Shown here: piece after piece, positions 19,689-28,629 of the stretch | Position numbering within the stretch: the stretch's first letter is position 1 | Layout: every line of letters begins with the position of its first letter | DNA from: Candidatus Omnitrophota bacterium | Lineage (GTDB): Bacteria; Omnitrophota; Gorgyraeia; Duberdicusellales; 4484-171 | Assembly: GCA_037146775.1 (NCBI GenBank) | Contig: JBAWWL010000007.1 | Coordinates: 65,536-129,535, forward strand | Reading direction: 5' to 3' | Length of the DNA: 64,000 nt | Translations under genes and position numbers: made by a program | Notes under the pieces: model-generated | Told to the model about the DNA's origin: nothing | Database searches by the model: none | The model's input: only the letters and a program-made list of their open reading frames with translations

Positions 19689-20391
19689 CCGGCAGATAAA
19701 GTTTACCTGGCTTGACGGAAGGCTTGTGTATCATAAATATATAGGTGATAGGGAATTTGCTGTTGCAGCCGGATATTTTCCTAATGGGAGGCCGCAATTT
19801 CATTTCCCTATGCGCAAGGGTCGGTTCCACGGTATTTGTCGGTTTTGGCGGGAGTCCGGTCTGCTAGAATCAGAGGAAGAATATCGTGACGGCGTCTTGG
19901 AAGGTTTTGTGCACAGGTGGTATCCCAACGGGATATTGGGAGCTAAGCTTCTTTATTCCCGCGGTCTTCGGAACGGCCCTTCCAGGCATTGGGATGAGCA
20001 TGGGGAGCTTGTTTCTGCCAAGGTCTATCTTCGCGGCAGAGAGGTGCCCGAAGAAATCTCCGGGCGTATCTTGGATAAGAAACTGAACGCAAGCTATATA
20101 CTTGAAATAAAAAATGCTGAATTGCGTCGTTTTTGTCTTGAAGAGTTTGGCTATGAGCGGTTTGCTTCGCAAATGCAGCATCGGGTTATTGATAAGAATG
20201 GAGAGCAGGAACTTGTATGCATTACCTGGATAAATCGCGAGGAACCAATTTATCTTGTAAAAGTAAAATGCCCTTCAACAGGCGTGTTTTACACCCTACG
20301 TGTTCCGCCGGACATGAATACTGTTAAACAAGCCATAGCTTGGACATTTAACATGAAAGAGGATGAATATCTCGCTAGCCAGGAAACTTAA
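19675..20391 (+). CDS. MORN-repeat + DUF6745-like protein
   Basis: HG....W..SG/WYPNG MORN repeats, then NAELRR..LEEFG, EPIYLVKVKCPSTG..Y.LRVPP, AIAWTF; GTG 19675 overlaps the upstream gene. Confidence 0.75.
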   Translation: MSRIDRQIKFTWLDGRLVYHKYIGDREFAVAAGYFPNGRPQFHFPMRKGRFHGICRFWRESGLLESEEEYRDGVLEGFVHRWYPNGILGAKLLYSRGLRNGPSRHWDEHGELVSAKVYLRGREVPEEISGRILDKKLNASYILEIKNAELRRFCLEEFGYERFASQMQHRVIDKNGEQELVCITWINREEPIYLVKVKCPSTGVFYTLRVPPDMNTVKQAIAWTFNMKEDEYLASQET

Positions 20392-20466
20392 TAATCTTGA
20401 GGTGAGCTATAATTTATTATGGTTGAAATTATACCGGCCGGTATTCTTTACGATAAGTCACATTAC

Positions 20467-20494
20467 TTGACAGAGTTTAAATTTATGGCATACT
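20467..20494 (+). promoter_or_regulatory. sigma70 promoter upstream of murA
   Basis: TTGACA-N16-CATACT with extended TG. Confidence 0.55.
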
Positions 20495-20551
20495 TTTTAT
20501 GGTTACCCGCGTCCCGAGTTAGAAGGATTAAATCCCGGACGTTAAAAAAGC

Positions 20552-20598
20552 AAAACCTTCGTTGGTCAAGTTATGGCCGATGAGGGTTTTTTTATTTT
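20552..20598 (+). terminator. intrinsic terminator inside the murA leader
   Basis: 17-bp stem AAAACCTTCGTTGGTCA/TGGCCGATGAGGGTTTT followed by a T tract. Confidence 0.65.
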
Positions 20599-20615
20599 AA
20601 GTTGAGAGGATAGGT

Positions 20616-21881
20616 ATGGAAACTAAATTAGTCATCGAGGGTGGTCGAAAAATTAAAGGAGAAGTAGAGATCTCCGGCTCAAAGAACGCTTGTTTGCCTA
20701 TATTCGCCGCAACTCTTTTGACGGATGAGCCATGTCGAATTATAGGGGTACCGGGGCTGCGAGATATCAAAACAATGGGCGAGATCCTGGAGCTGCTAGG
20801 AAAAAAGGTGCAGACAGATAGGAACGCTGTAACCATTACCTCAACCACTAAGCGCAGCTTTATAGCAAACTATGAACAGGTTAAAACAATGCGGGCTTCG
20901 TTCTGTGTACTGGGGCCGCTTCTTGCAAAAGCAAAGAGAGCCGAGGTGTCTTATCCCGGAGGTTGCGCAATAGGCGATAGGCCCGTAGATATACATCTAA
21001 GAGGCCTTAAAGAGCTGGGTGCAAGAATAGCTATTGATTCAGGATATGTGGTTGCAAAAGCTCATAAGTTAAAAGGAAGCTATATATATTTAAGTGGGCA
21101 TTTCGGTTCTTCGGTAACGGGTACAGCTAATGTTATGATGGCCGCAACGCTGGCGCAAGGCAAGACAGTGATTGAGGGAGCGGCTTGTGAGCCCGAGGTA
21201 GTGGATTTAGCGAACTTTCTTATTAAGATGGGTGCCCATATCAAAGGGCACGGCACATCAGTCATAGAGGTAAATGGTGTAAAAAAACTACACGGGGTAG
21301 ATTACAGGGTTATTCCTGACAGGATCGAAGCGGGTACTTTTATCCTTGCTGCTTTAATAACTAAGGGAGATATTATCATAAGGAATATCGACTACCGTCA
21401 TTTAGGTGTTGTGGTAGATTGTCTAAGGAAAATAGGAGCGCATATTGATGTGGGGAATAATAAGCTACATGTGGCTTTTAAGAATATATTAAAACCTACA
21501 AACGTGACCACTCTTCCGTATCCCGGTTTTCCGACTGATATGCAGGCGCAATTTGCGAGTTTAATGTGCGTAACTCCGGGGGTAAGCATTATTACTGAAA
21601 AGGTATTTCCCGACAGGTTTATGCATATCGCGGAACTAAGCAGGATGGGGGCGCATATTCATAGGGAGGGTGCAAGCGCTATTGTGGAGGGGGTAAAGAG
21701 TTTATCTGGGGCACCGGTTATGGCATCAGATTTACGAGCCTCGGCTTCTTTGGTGTTAGCTGGTCTTGCCGCAAGGGGCAAGACGTCGATTTCAAGAATC
21801 TATCATCTAGAGCGTGGCTATGAAAATCTGGATAAAAAAATGATTAAATTAGGCGCAAAAATTTGGAAAGAGAAGGATTAA
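20616..21881 (+). CDS. murA: UDP-N-acetylglucosamine 1-carboxyvinyltransferase
   Basis: GSKNA, MRAS..VLGPL, PGGCAIG.RPVDIH, PDRIEAGT, PYPGFPTDMQ, DLRA, HLERGY. Confidence 0.98.
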   Translation: METKLVIEGGRKIKGEVEISGSKNACLPIFAATLLTDEPCRIIGVPGLRDIKTMGEILELLGKKVQTDRNAVTITSTTKRSFIANYEQVKTMRASFCVLGPLLAKAKRAEVSYPGGCAIGDRPVDIHLRGLKELGARIAIDSGYVVAKAHKLKGSYIYLSGHFGSSVTGTANVMMAATLAQGKTVIEGAACEPEVVDLANFLIKMGAHIKGHGTSVIEVNGVKKLHGVDYRVIPDRIEAGTFILAALITKGDIIIRNIDYRHLGVVVDCLRKIGAHIDVGNNKLHVAFKNILKPTNVTTLPYPGFPTDMQAQFASLMCVTPGVSIITEKVFPDRFMHIAELSRMGAHIHREGASAIVEGVKSLSGAPVMASDLRASASLVLAGLAARGKTSISRIYHLERGYENLDKKMIKLGAKIWKEKD

Positions 21882-21901
21882 GCATGAAGAAAAACATCAG
21901 T

Positions 21902-22029
21902 GTAGAGAAAAATGGTTTTTAATTTAAGGATTTACTTTTTATAGCACTGCGTGATGCACATCACTTGAATAGCCACCTAAAGAATGATTGATTTAGCTTA
22001 TCGTATATCTAGATGTAATATTTGTATCG
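21902..22029 (+). repeat. 128-bp direct repeat, left copy
   Basis: 126/128 identical to 23835-23962 by eye; contains GTGATG-CA-CATCAC. Confidence 0.92.
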
Positions 22030-22089
22030 CGCGTATAATAGTTTAATAAGTTTTATAATTTCGAGTCTAAATAATTAATAAGGAGAGAC

Positions 22090-23799
22090 ATGAAAGAATA
22101 CAAAAGAGAAACCATCCAAAAGACAGTAGAAGAAATTAATAAGAACATGTTTTTACCGGATATCCAGAGGCCGTTTGTCTGGGAGGAAGAAAAAATTTAC
22201 AAGTTGTTTGATTCTTTAATGCGGGGTTATCCGATAAGTACTTTTCTTTATTGGGATCTAGCCAGAGAGCAGATTGAGGCGTCCAACATTAAAATGTACA
22301 AATTTGTAGATTCGAATGATGAAGATAGCGCTCAAGTGATGAACGTAGATAAAGATAAGTATTCTTTAGTATTGGATGGGCAGCAGCGATTAACTTCTTT
22401 ATATATATCTTTAAAGGGCTCATGGGTTGAAAAGGTACGTAAAAATACTTTGATAAAAGAGCTTTATTTCAATGTGCTTAGCGGTGGGAACGAAAACGAA
22501 GAAGGTATTCTGTATGAGTTTTGTTTCTTGCCTAAACAATATGGTCCTTTTTATGCAGAAAAGAAGGATGAAGCTTCTGGAGCTAAGGCGTGGGTTAATA
22601 TTAAAAAAGTATATGAAGCGGACCTCGGAAAAAGCGATAAACGTAAATTATTCGTGAAGAAGATTATTGAAACTAATTCCGATCTGAAAACTTATGAAGA
22701 TGCGATAGATGATAATATCGATAAGTTCGATGAAGTCCTTAAGGACCAAGGGATGATTAATTATTTCCCTGAAGATGAAGATAGTTATGATAAGGTTTTA
22801 GATATTTTTGTTCGAACAAATGCCGGTGGAACAAAACTTAGTTATTCAGACCTTCTTTTTTCAAGAATAAAACTTCATTGGGATCAGGCAAGGGAAGAAT
22901 TTAAGGATCTCACTGATGAAATTAATAAGAGGAACTTTGAGTTTGATACAGACTTTATTTTAAAAACAGGTCTAGTATTTTTCTGCACTAAGACAGAAGA
23001 AATAAGATTTAACAACATAAATAATTTGAATAAAAATCTGATTTCTTCAATAAGAAAAAATTGGCTAGAGATAGCTAATGCTATTAAGCTGACAGCTGAT
23101 TTATTGGACAGGTTCATGATAAGGGACAAAAAAATGCTCCCCAGTTACAATGCTTTGATTCCAGTAATATATTGGGTATTTAAAAATAAGAAGGGACGAT
23201 ATTATGACGATAACGACGCCGATAGAAATGAGCTCACAAAAGTAAGAATTTGGTTAACTAAAGCTTTGCTCAGTGGTGTGTTTGGCGGACAATCAGATAC
23301 AGCACTGTATAAATGTAAAGAGGCGATGGATGCCAGTCCGCTGTCTTCTGTTTTTCCGGCAGAGAAAATTCAAGAAAAGATACTTGAGATGAAAAGCAAA
23401 AGTATGGAAATTAGAGAAGATAAATTTGATCAATTTCGCTATCAATCAAAAGAGAGCCATTTATTTTTATCGCTATGCTACAGGTTTGCAATTAATTTTA
23501 ATCCTATAATGAAAGGTAATCTACCGGAACAAGATCATATATTTTCTAAGCATGAATTAGAATTAGCTGGCGTTAGCGAAGATAAAATTAATAGCATATA
23601 TAATATTAGGTACGTTACACAAGCAGATAATAGAAAGAAATCAAAAACGCCATTTTCAGATTGGGTAAGAGATTTAGAAAAAAATAAAGATTTGGTGTTT
23701 AAAATACATAATATACCAGACCGAGATTGGAAGGTTGTTGATTTCGATGTATTCTTGCAAGAAAGAAAAAAACTGTTATTGGCAAACTTACAATATTAG
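22090..23799 (+). CDS. DUF262 + HNH-like (GmrSD-like) protein
   Basis: LPDIQRPFVW, VLDGQQRLTS, IFVRTN.GG..L, C-terminal DHIFSK...N. Confidence 0.88.
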   Translation: MKEYKRETIQKTVEEINKNMFLPDIQRPFVWEEEKIYKLFDSLMRGYPISTFLYWDLAREQIEASNIKMYKFVDSNDEDSAQVMNVDKDKYSLVLDGQQRLTSLYISLKGSWVEKVRKNTLIKELYFNVLSGGNENEEGILYEFCFLPKQYGPFYAEKKDEASGAKAWVNIKKVYEADLGKSDKRKLFVKKIIETNSDLKTYEDAIDDNIDKFDEVLKDQGMINYFPEDEDSYDKVLDIFVRTNAGGTKLSYSDLLFSRIKLHWDQAREEFKDLTDEINKRNFEFDTDFILKTGLVFFCTKTEEIRFNNINNLNKNLISSIRKNWLEIANAIKLTADLLDRFMIRDKKMLPSYNALIPVIYWVFKNKKGRYYDDNDADRNELTKVRIWLTKALLSGVFGGQSDTALYKCKEAMDASPLSSVFPAEKIQEKILEMKSKSMEIREDKFDQFRYQSKESHLFLSLCYRFAINFNPIMKGNLPEQDHIFSKHELELAGVSEDKINSIYNIRYVTQADNRKKSKTPFSDWVRDLEKNKDLVFKIHNIPDRDWKVVDFDVFLQERKKLLLANLQY

Positions 23800-23834
23800 C
23801 ACACGATGCAAAAATTATATATACATTCTAAAGC

Positions 23835-23962
23835 GTAGAGAAAAATGGTTTTTAATTTAAGGATTTACTTTTTATAGTACTGCGTGATGCACATCACTTG
23901 AATAGCCACCTAAAGAATGATTGATTTAGCTTATCGTATATCTAAATGTAATATTTGTATCG
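23835..23962 (+). repeat. 128-bp direct repeat, right copy
   Basis: see 21902-22029; a diverged third copy lies at ~54640-54741. Confidence 0.92.
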
Positions 23963-23980
23963 TATGGAGGTGTATCTAAT

Positions 23981-24703
23981 ATGATAAATCGCATAAAGGA
24001 AGTAGATTTTAATTCGGAGAAGGGAAGATTGTTAGATCGTGCATTGGCTCACTCAAAATTGAGGCTGTATAAAGAAGCAATTGCTGATTGTGAGAATCTT
24101 GTAGCACTGGATAAAGATGATCCAAATTCTTACAGAGAGCTGGGGGTTTCGTATGCAGAAAACAATCAAATTGATAAAGCTATAGAGTGCTATCGTTTTG
24201 CTATAAAGCGTTTCCCTGATTACCATGCAGCCTATACAAGCTTAGGGCATCTATTTCAGGAATACAAAAAACGATTGGATATTGCTCTGGTGTGTTATGA
24301 AAAGGCGTTAAAGCTTAACCCTGAAGATTTTTGGGCATTGCATAATATTGGTACTGTTTTAAAGAAAGAACAAAAAATAAAAGAAGCCTTTTATTATTTT
24401 CAAGAGGCGTTCCAAATAGCACAAGCTAAGGGAATCTTTGAGCGGAAAATAATTCATAATTTGGCGTGGGCCTTATATCGGTGTAAGGAATACCAAGCCG
24501 CACTTTATTTGTATACGCAACTTGATGATCCATATAGTACCGATGGTTCTATCCATTTTGAACTCGGTTGTGTTAATTATAGAATAGGTAGATTCCAAGA
24601 CGCTGTTTTACAATTTGCAGAAGCGTTAGCTTGTCAGCCAGGCAATAAGTTTTATCAGCGTGCACAGAACATAGTAATTTGTAAATCCGGCATTTATAAT
24701 TGA
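23981..24703 (+). CDS. TPR protein
   Basis: multiple TPR repeats (AY..LG...A...Y.KAL.LNP). Confidence 0.88.
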   Translation: MINRIKEVDFNSEKGRLLDRALAHSKLRLYKEAIADCENLVALDKDDPNSYRELGVSYAENNQIDKAIECYRFAIKRFPDYHAAYTSLGHLFQEYKKRLDIALVCYEKALKLNPEDFWALHNIGTVLKKEQKIKEAFYYFQEAFQIAQAKGIFERKIIHNLAWALYRCKEYQAALYLYTQLDDPYSTDGSIHFELGCVNYRIGRFQDAVLQFAEALACQPGNKFYQRAQNIVICKSGIYN

Positions 24704-24715
24704 AAGTATATACAG

Positions 24716-25516
24716 ATGATTGGCGCTATTGCAGGAGATATAATTGGTTCTATCTACGAATTTACGAATGTTAAAAGGACAGATTTTGATTTGTTCAGCA
24801 AGCACTCTCATTTTACCGACGATACTGTCCTGACCATCGCCGTAGCTGATTGTATTTTAAATGGAAAAGATTATGCAAAAACCATCAAAGAATATGGTAG
24901 GAGATATCCTGATAGAGGTTATGGCATTCGTTTTAAAGGATGGCTTTTGTTAGAGGAATCAGCGCCATACAATAGTTTCGGCAATGGTTCAGCGATGCGT
25001 GTAAGCCCTGTAGGATTTGCTTTTGATGATATTAACAAAGTGATGGAAGAGGCAAAAAAGAGCGCCGAGGTTACCCATAATCATCCGGAAGGCATAAAAG
25101 GCGCACAAGCGATAGCCATTGCGATATTTCTTGCTAAGAACGGTGAAAGAAAAGAGAATATCAAAGAGCATATTGAAAACACCTTTAATTATAATTTAAG
25201 GCAAACTTTAGAAGAAATTCGTTCAAGTTACCATTTTGACGAAACATGCCAGGGTACGGTCCCGCAGGCCATAACCGCATTCCTTGAATCCAATAGCTAC
25301 GAAGATGCTATACGAAAAGCAATCTCTATCGGCGGAGATAGCGATACAATTGCCTGTATTACCGGAGGTATCGCTGAGGCTTATTACAAAAACATTCCTG
25401 ATTATATTGCAAGAGAGTCGATGAAGCGCCTATCGCCAGAATTATTAAATACTGTGAATTTGTTTACTAAGACGTATAATTTTTCTAAGGTATCATTGTT
25501 GAATAGGTGGGGATGA
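24716..25516 (+). CDS. ADP-ribosylglycohydrolase (DraG/ARH family)
   Basis: GAIAGDIIGS, FTDDT, SFGNGSAMR, THNHPEG, GGDSDT. Confidence 0.93.
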   Translation: MIGAIAGDIIGSIYEFTNVKRTDFDLFSKHSHFTDDTVLTIAVADCILNGKDYAKTIKEYGRRYPDRGYGIRFKGWLLLEESAPYNSFGNGSAMRVSPVGFAFDDINKVMEEAKKSAEVTHNHPEGIKGAQAIAIAIFLAKNGERKENIKEHIENTFNYNLRQTLEEIRSSYHFDETCQGTVPQAITAFLESNSYEDAIRKAISIGGDSDTIACITGGIAEAYYKNIPDYIARESMKRLSPELLNTVNLFTKTYNFSKVSLLNRWG

Positions 25517-25713
25517 CGGTGGTATGGCTAGTAATGAGTATTGTCGGGTAACGTTCGGGAAGAATATTGAAGAAAAAGAACGCCAACGTGTACGGGCAGC
25601 ACTCGAGAAATATTGCGATTTAGATACAAAGGGGATGATGGAAATATTGGAGGAATTAAAAAAAGTTTGCAGATAGATGCCTGTATAATGGAGATATGCG
25701 AGGAGGTAGCAAA

Positions 25714-26397
25714 ATGAACGGAAATAGTTTTAAAAAACAGTTGTTTGATTATCAAAATAAAGTGAATGATTGGATTAAATTCAGAAAAAATAAAAAAGGG
25801 ACCCAGTTTAATAAAGAAGAAAATACAAAAATAAAATTTGTCGTTTCTCTTTTGGATATTTTAGGATGGAATCCTTTAAAAGGGTATGATGTAGAATTTG
25901 AGCATCACATTCCGAAAGTCAAAGGTAGAGACGCCGCCGATATCGCGCTTTATATCTCTTCGGAGAAGCATTCCAAACCAGTAATTTTGATTGAAGTCAA
26001 ACCTATTCAAATGCCGTTTAAAAAAGAGTATCCTACAAAAATTCTCGAATATATGAGTAGAAGTAAAGTAAGATTTGGAATTAATACTAACGGAAGAGAA
26101 TTGGTACTTTTCCATAGCTATGGGGTAAGGCATGATGCAAAGTCAGGCTGTAAGCTATTTAGTTTAGAGCTAAAAGATTTCATTGTTTATAAGGATGTTT
26201 TATTGATGCTGTCAAAGCGAAAGGTTCAAGAAGGCGTATTGGATGGATTTGCCGATGAATTCCATCATGGGAAAAAGTATGGAAAGAAATTTTCTGATTG
26301 GAGAAGACCCGAAAAGAAATATCGGGACCCGAGATATAATAAATATATACTTCGTTTAAAGTTCGCAAAAGAATTCTTAAAACATAACAACCAATAG
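25714..26397 (+). CDS. HsdR N-terminal-like PD-(D/E)XK domain protein
   Basis: EENTK...LLDILGW...VEFE...ADIAL...IEVK...GINTNG. Confidence 0.8.
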   Translation: MNGNSFKKQLFDYQNKVNDWIKFRKNKKGTQFNKEENTKIKFVVSLLDILGWNPLKGYDVEFEHHIPKVKGRDAADIALYISSEKHSKPVILIEVKPIQMPFKKEYPTKILEYMSRSKVRFGINTNGRELVLFHSYGVRHDAKSGCKLFSLELKDFIVYKDVLLMLSKRKVQEGVLDGFADEFHHGKKYGKKFSDWRRPEKKYRDPRYNKYILRLKFAKEFLKHNNQ

Positions 26398-26590
26398 CTG
26401 TAAAATGCTTGTTCTATCTACCGCTCGGAAGTCCAAAAACCAGCCGGATAATGCTGCTGGTTTGCAGAAGGAGGGAGTTTAATAACCAAGTTTAAAAACT
26501 CTATAGCTTTTCATAAAAAGAATTAAATTAGTAGATTGTCTAGTTCAAAAAAAAGAAGTTAGAAAATTGCTAAAAAGTTAAAGAAATAAT

Positions 26591-27145
26591 ATGACCCCAA
26601 ACATCGAAAAAGCTATCGAAGTTGCAATAAGGATCCATGGCGGGCAAATGAGAAAAGGAGACGGTATTACTCCGTATGTCGTTCATCCCATTTCTGTTGC
26701 TATGATTCTTTCACGTTATACTGATGATGAAGGTCTTCTTATCGCTGCATTACTACATGATGCCCTGGAGGACACATCATATGGAGAACAAAATTTAGAA
26801 AAGGATTTTGGATCAAAAGTACTATCTATGGTCAAAGATGTTTCTGATAAAAGACCGCAAGACCCGTGGTCTAAACGAAAAGATGCTTATTTAAAGCACC
26901 TAAAAAGTGCGTCAAAAGAAGCGTGCCTTATCGCTTGTGCTGATAAGATTAATAATTTAGCATCTATATGCGAAGCCTATGAAAAGTACGGTGATAAGAT
27001 CTGGAAGAATTTTCACGCCTCCAAGGAAGCAAAGATCGGATTTTACGAAGCTATACATAAAGAAATAAGCAAGCGACTATCTCATCCAATTGTGAAAGAT
27101 TTGGGCTATAAATTAAAGGAAGCTAAAAAAGTGCTTGGATTATAA
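26591..27145 (+). CDS. stand-alone HD hydrolase (Mesh1/small alarmone hydrolase-like)
   Basis: H.GQ.RK..PYVVHP, AALLHDALED, ADKINN. Confidence 0.9.
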   Translation: MTPNIEKAIEVAIRIHGGQMRKGDGITPYVVHPISVAMILSRYTDDEGLLIAALLHDALEDTSYGEQNLEKDFGSKVLSMVKDVSDKRPQDPWSKRKDAYLKHLKSASKEACLIACADKINNLASICEAYEKYGDKIWKNFHASKEAKIGFYEAIHKEISKRLSHPIVKDLGYKLKEAKKVLGL

Positions 27146-27182
27146 TTGCAGAAATAAAGGTCAGATTATCTTTGGAGAAACA

Positions 27183-27662
27183 ATGAAAGAATCTATTAAT
27201 TGGCATGAATCAGCAGAGATTTACAGTAAGGCAGAAATGTACGAAGATGCCGTTTCTTGCTATAATCGCGCTATAGAGCTAAATCCATTCGATGACGTGG
27301 CCTGGTTTCGTAAGGGGTTTGCTTTATTTTTCCTTGATAAAGCTGGCGATGAGCTAAAGTGCTATAATAAAGCATTGGAGATAAACCCTGAGAATATAGA
27401 TGCCCTGGAAAATAAGGGCGCGTATTTATTAAGATCGAATAGAGATCAAGAAGCGATGGAATGTTTTGACGAAGCACTTAAGATAACCCAACACAATGTA
27501 TGTATTTGGTTTAACAGAGGTATGATTTTTAAAAAGCAAAGAAAATATTGGGATGCATTGCTTTCTTTTGATAAAGGGCTTGAGCTTTGTCCAGATGACG
27601 AAGATGCTCTGCGATGCGTGGACGAGATAGTGAAAAAATTGGTCGAGTTTGGTGATCAATGA
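27183..27662 (+). CDS. TPR protein
   Basis: TPR repeats; ATG 27183 after GGAG. Confidence 0.85.
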   Translation: MKESINWHESAEIYSKAEMYEDAVSCYNRAIELNPFDDVAWFRKGFALFFLDKAGDELKCYNKALEINPENIDALENKGAYLLRSNRDQEAMECFDEALKITQHNVCIWFNRGMIFKKQRKYWDALLSFDKGLELCPDDEDALRCVDEIVKKLVEFGDQ

Positions 27663-27678
27663 GAATGGGGGTACAAGA

Positions 27679-28629
27679 ATGATATTTCGTAAACTAGAAA
27701 AAGAATTCTTCGAGCAACTAAAGAATAAAAATAATCCCCTACGATACATTTTGGATTTTGAACGCGAGCATCGAAAATCATTCATGGTAGAGATCAGAAA
27801 GAATTTTTTAGACCTTTACTTTTTAGGACACACGATTGAAGTTAGATCGCGCGGAAACGGGTATTATCTCATCGCTTCAAAGGAATTCAATCCGGAGAAG
27901 CTACTTATCAAGACACCAAAAAGTATGATCAAGCCATATGGCAAAAACAAATGGCAGATACGTTTCGACGATATCGAAAATTATGGGTGGTTCAAAGATA
28001 TTATGAGTGCGGCGATTGCGCAGATAGTGCGGCATAAAGGAGGAAATATTTCAGAAGGCGTGAGTGAAGTTAATCACTTTATTGATAACCGGGCGATCGG
28101 CAAAAATGGCATACTGGTTATTGATAGGCAAGTCGTATATCCCCGTAGCGGAAAAGGCAGGATAGACCTCTTGGGGCTTAAGAGACTTCCTGGAGGAAAA
28201 TTCACTTTCTCAATAATCGAGTTAAAGAATAAAAATAATAAAGAGATAGAGGACGTATTTACTCGACAGATTAAAAGATACATCGACCTCGTTTACGATA
28301 AATATGATGACTTCGTTGAGACATACGAAGAAGTCCTAAGGCAGAAGGTTAAGCTCAGACTTTTAAAGCCGATTGACTGCAAATTGGCTCGAAAACATGA
28401 AATTTCAAAAAAAGACATTGAGGGTATCGCGATATTGGATAATTACAATATCAAAGGCGATCTAAAGGCGAACGGACTCCTTGAGAGGGCTATTCGTGAT
28501 TGGGCGAAGATCGGTAGCGAATATACAGCTAGATTATTTTTGAAGACAAATGTTTTAGATGATACATTTATGCTCGACTTAGATAGCGCAAAAAACCATT
28601 TGAATAAATATAAAACATGCAACTTATAG
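27679..28629 (+). CDS. PD-(D/E)XK-like nuclease-fold protein
   Basis: VIDRQV...GRIDLLG...IIELK...QIKRY. Confidence 0.65.
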   Translation: MIFRKLEKEFFEQLKNKNNPLRYILDFEREHRKSFMVEIRKNFLDLYFLGHTIEVRSRGNGYYLIASKEFNPEKLLIKTPKSMIKPYGKNKWQIRFDDIENYGWFKDIMSAAIAQIVRHKGGNISEGVSEVNHFIDNRAIGKNGILVIDRQVVYPRSGKGRIDLLGLKRLPGGKFTFSIIELKNKNNKEIEDVFTRQIKRYIDLVYDKYDDFVETYEEVLRQKVKLRLLKPIDCKLARKHEISKKDIEGIAILDNYNIKGDLKANGLLERAIRDWAKIGSEYTARLFLKTNVLDDTFMLDLDSAKNHLNKYKTCNL

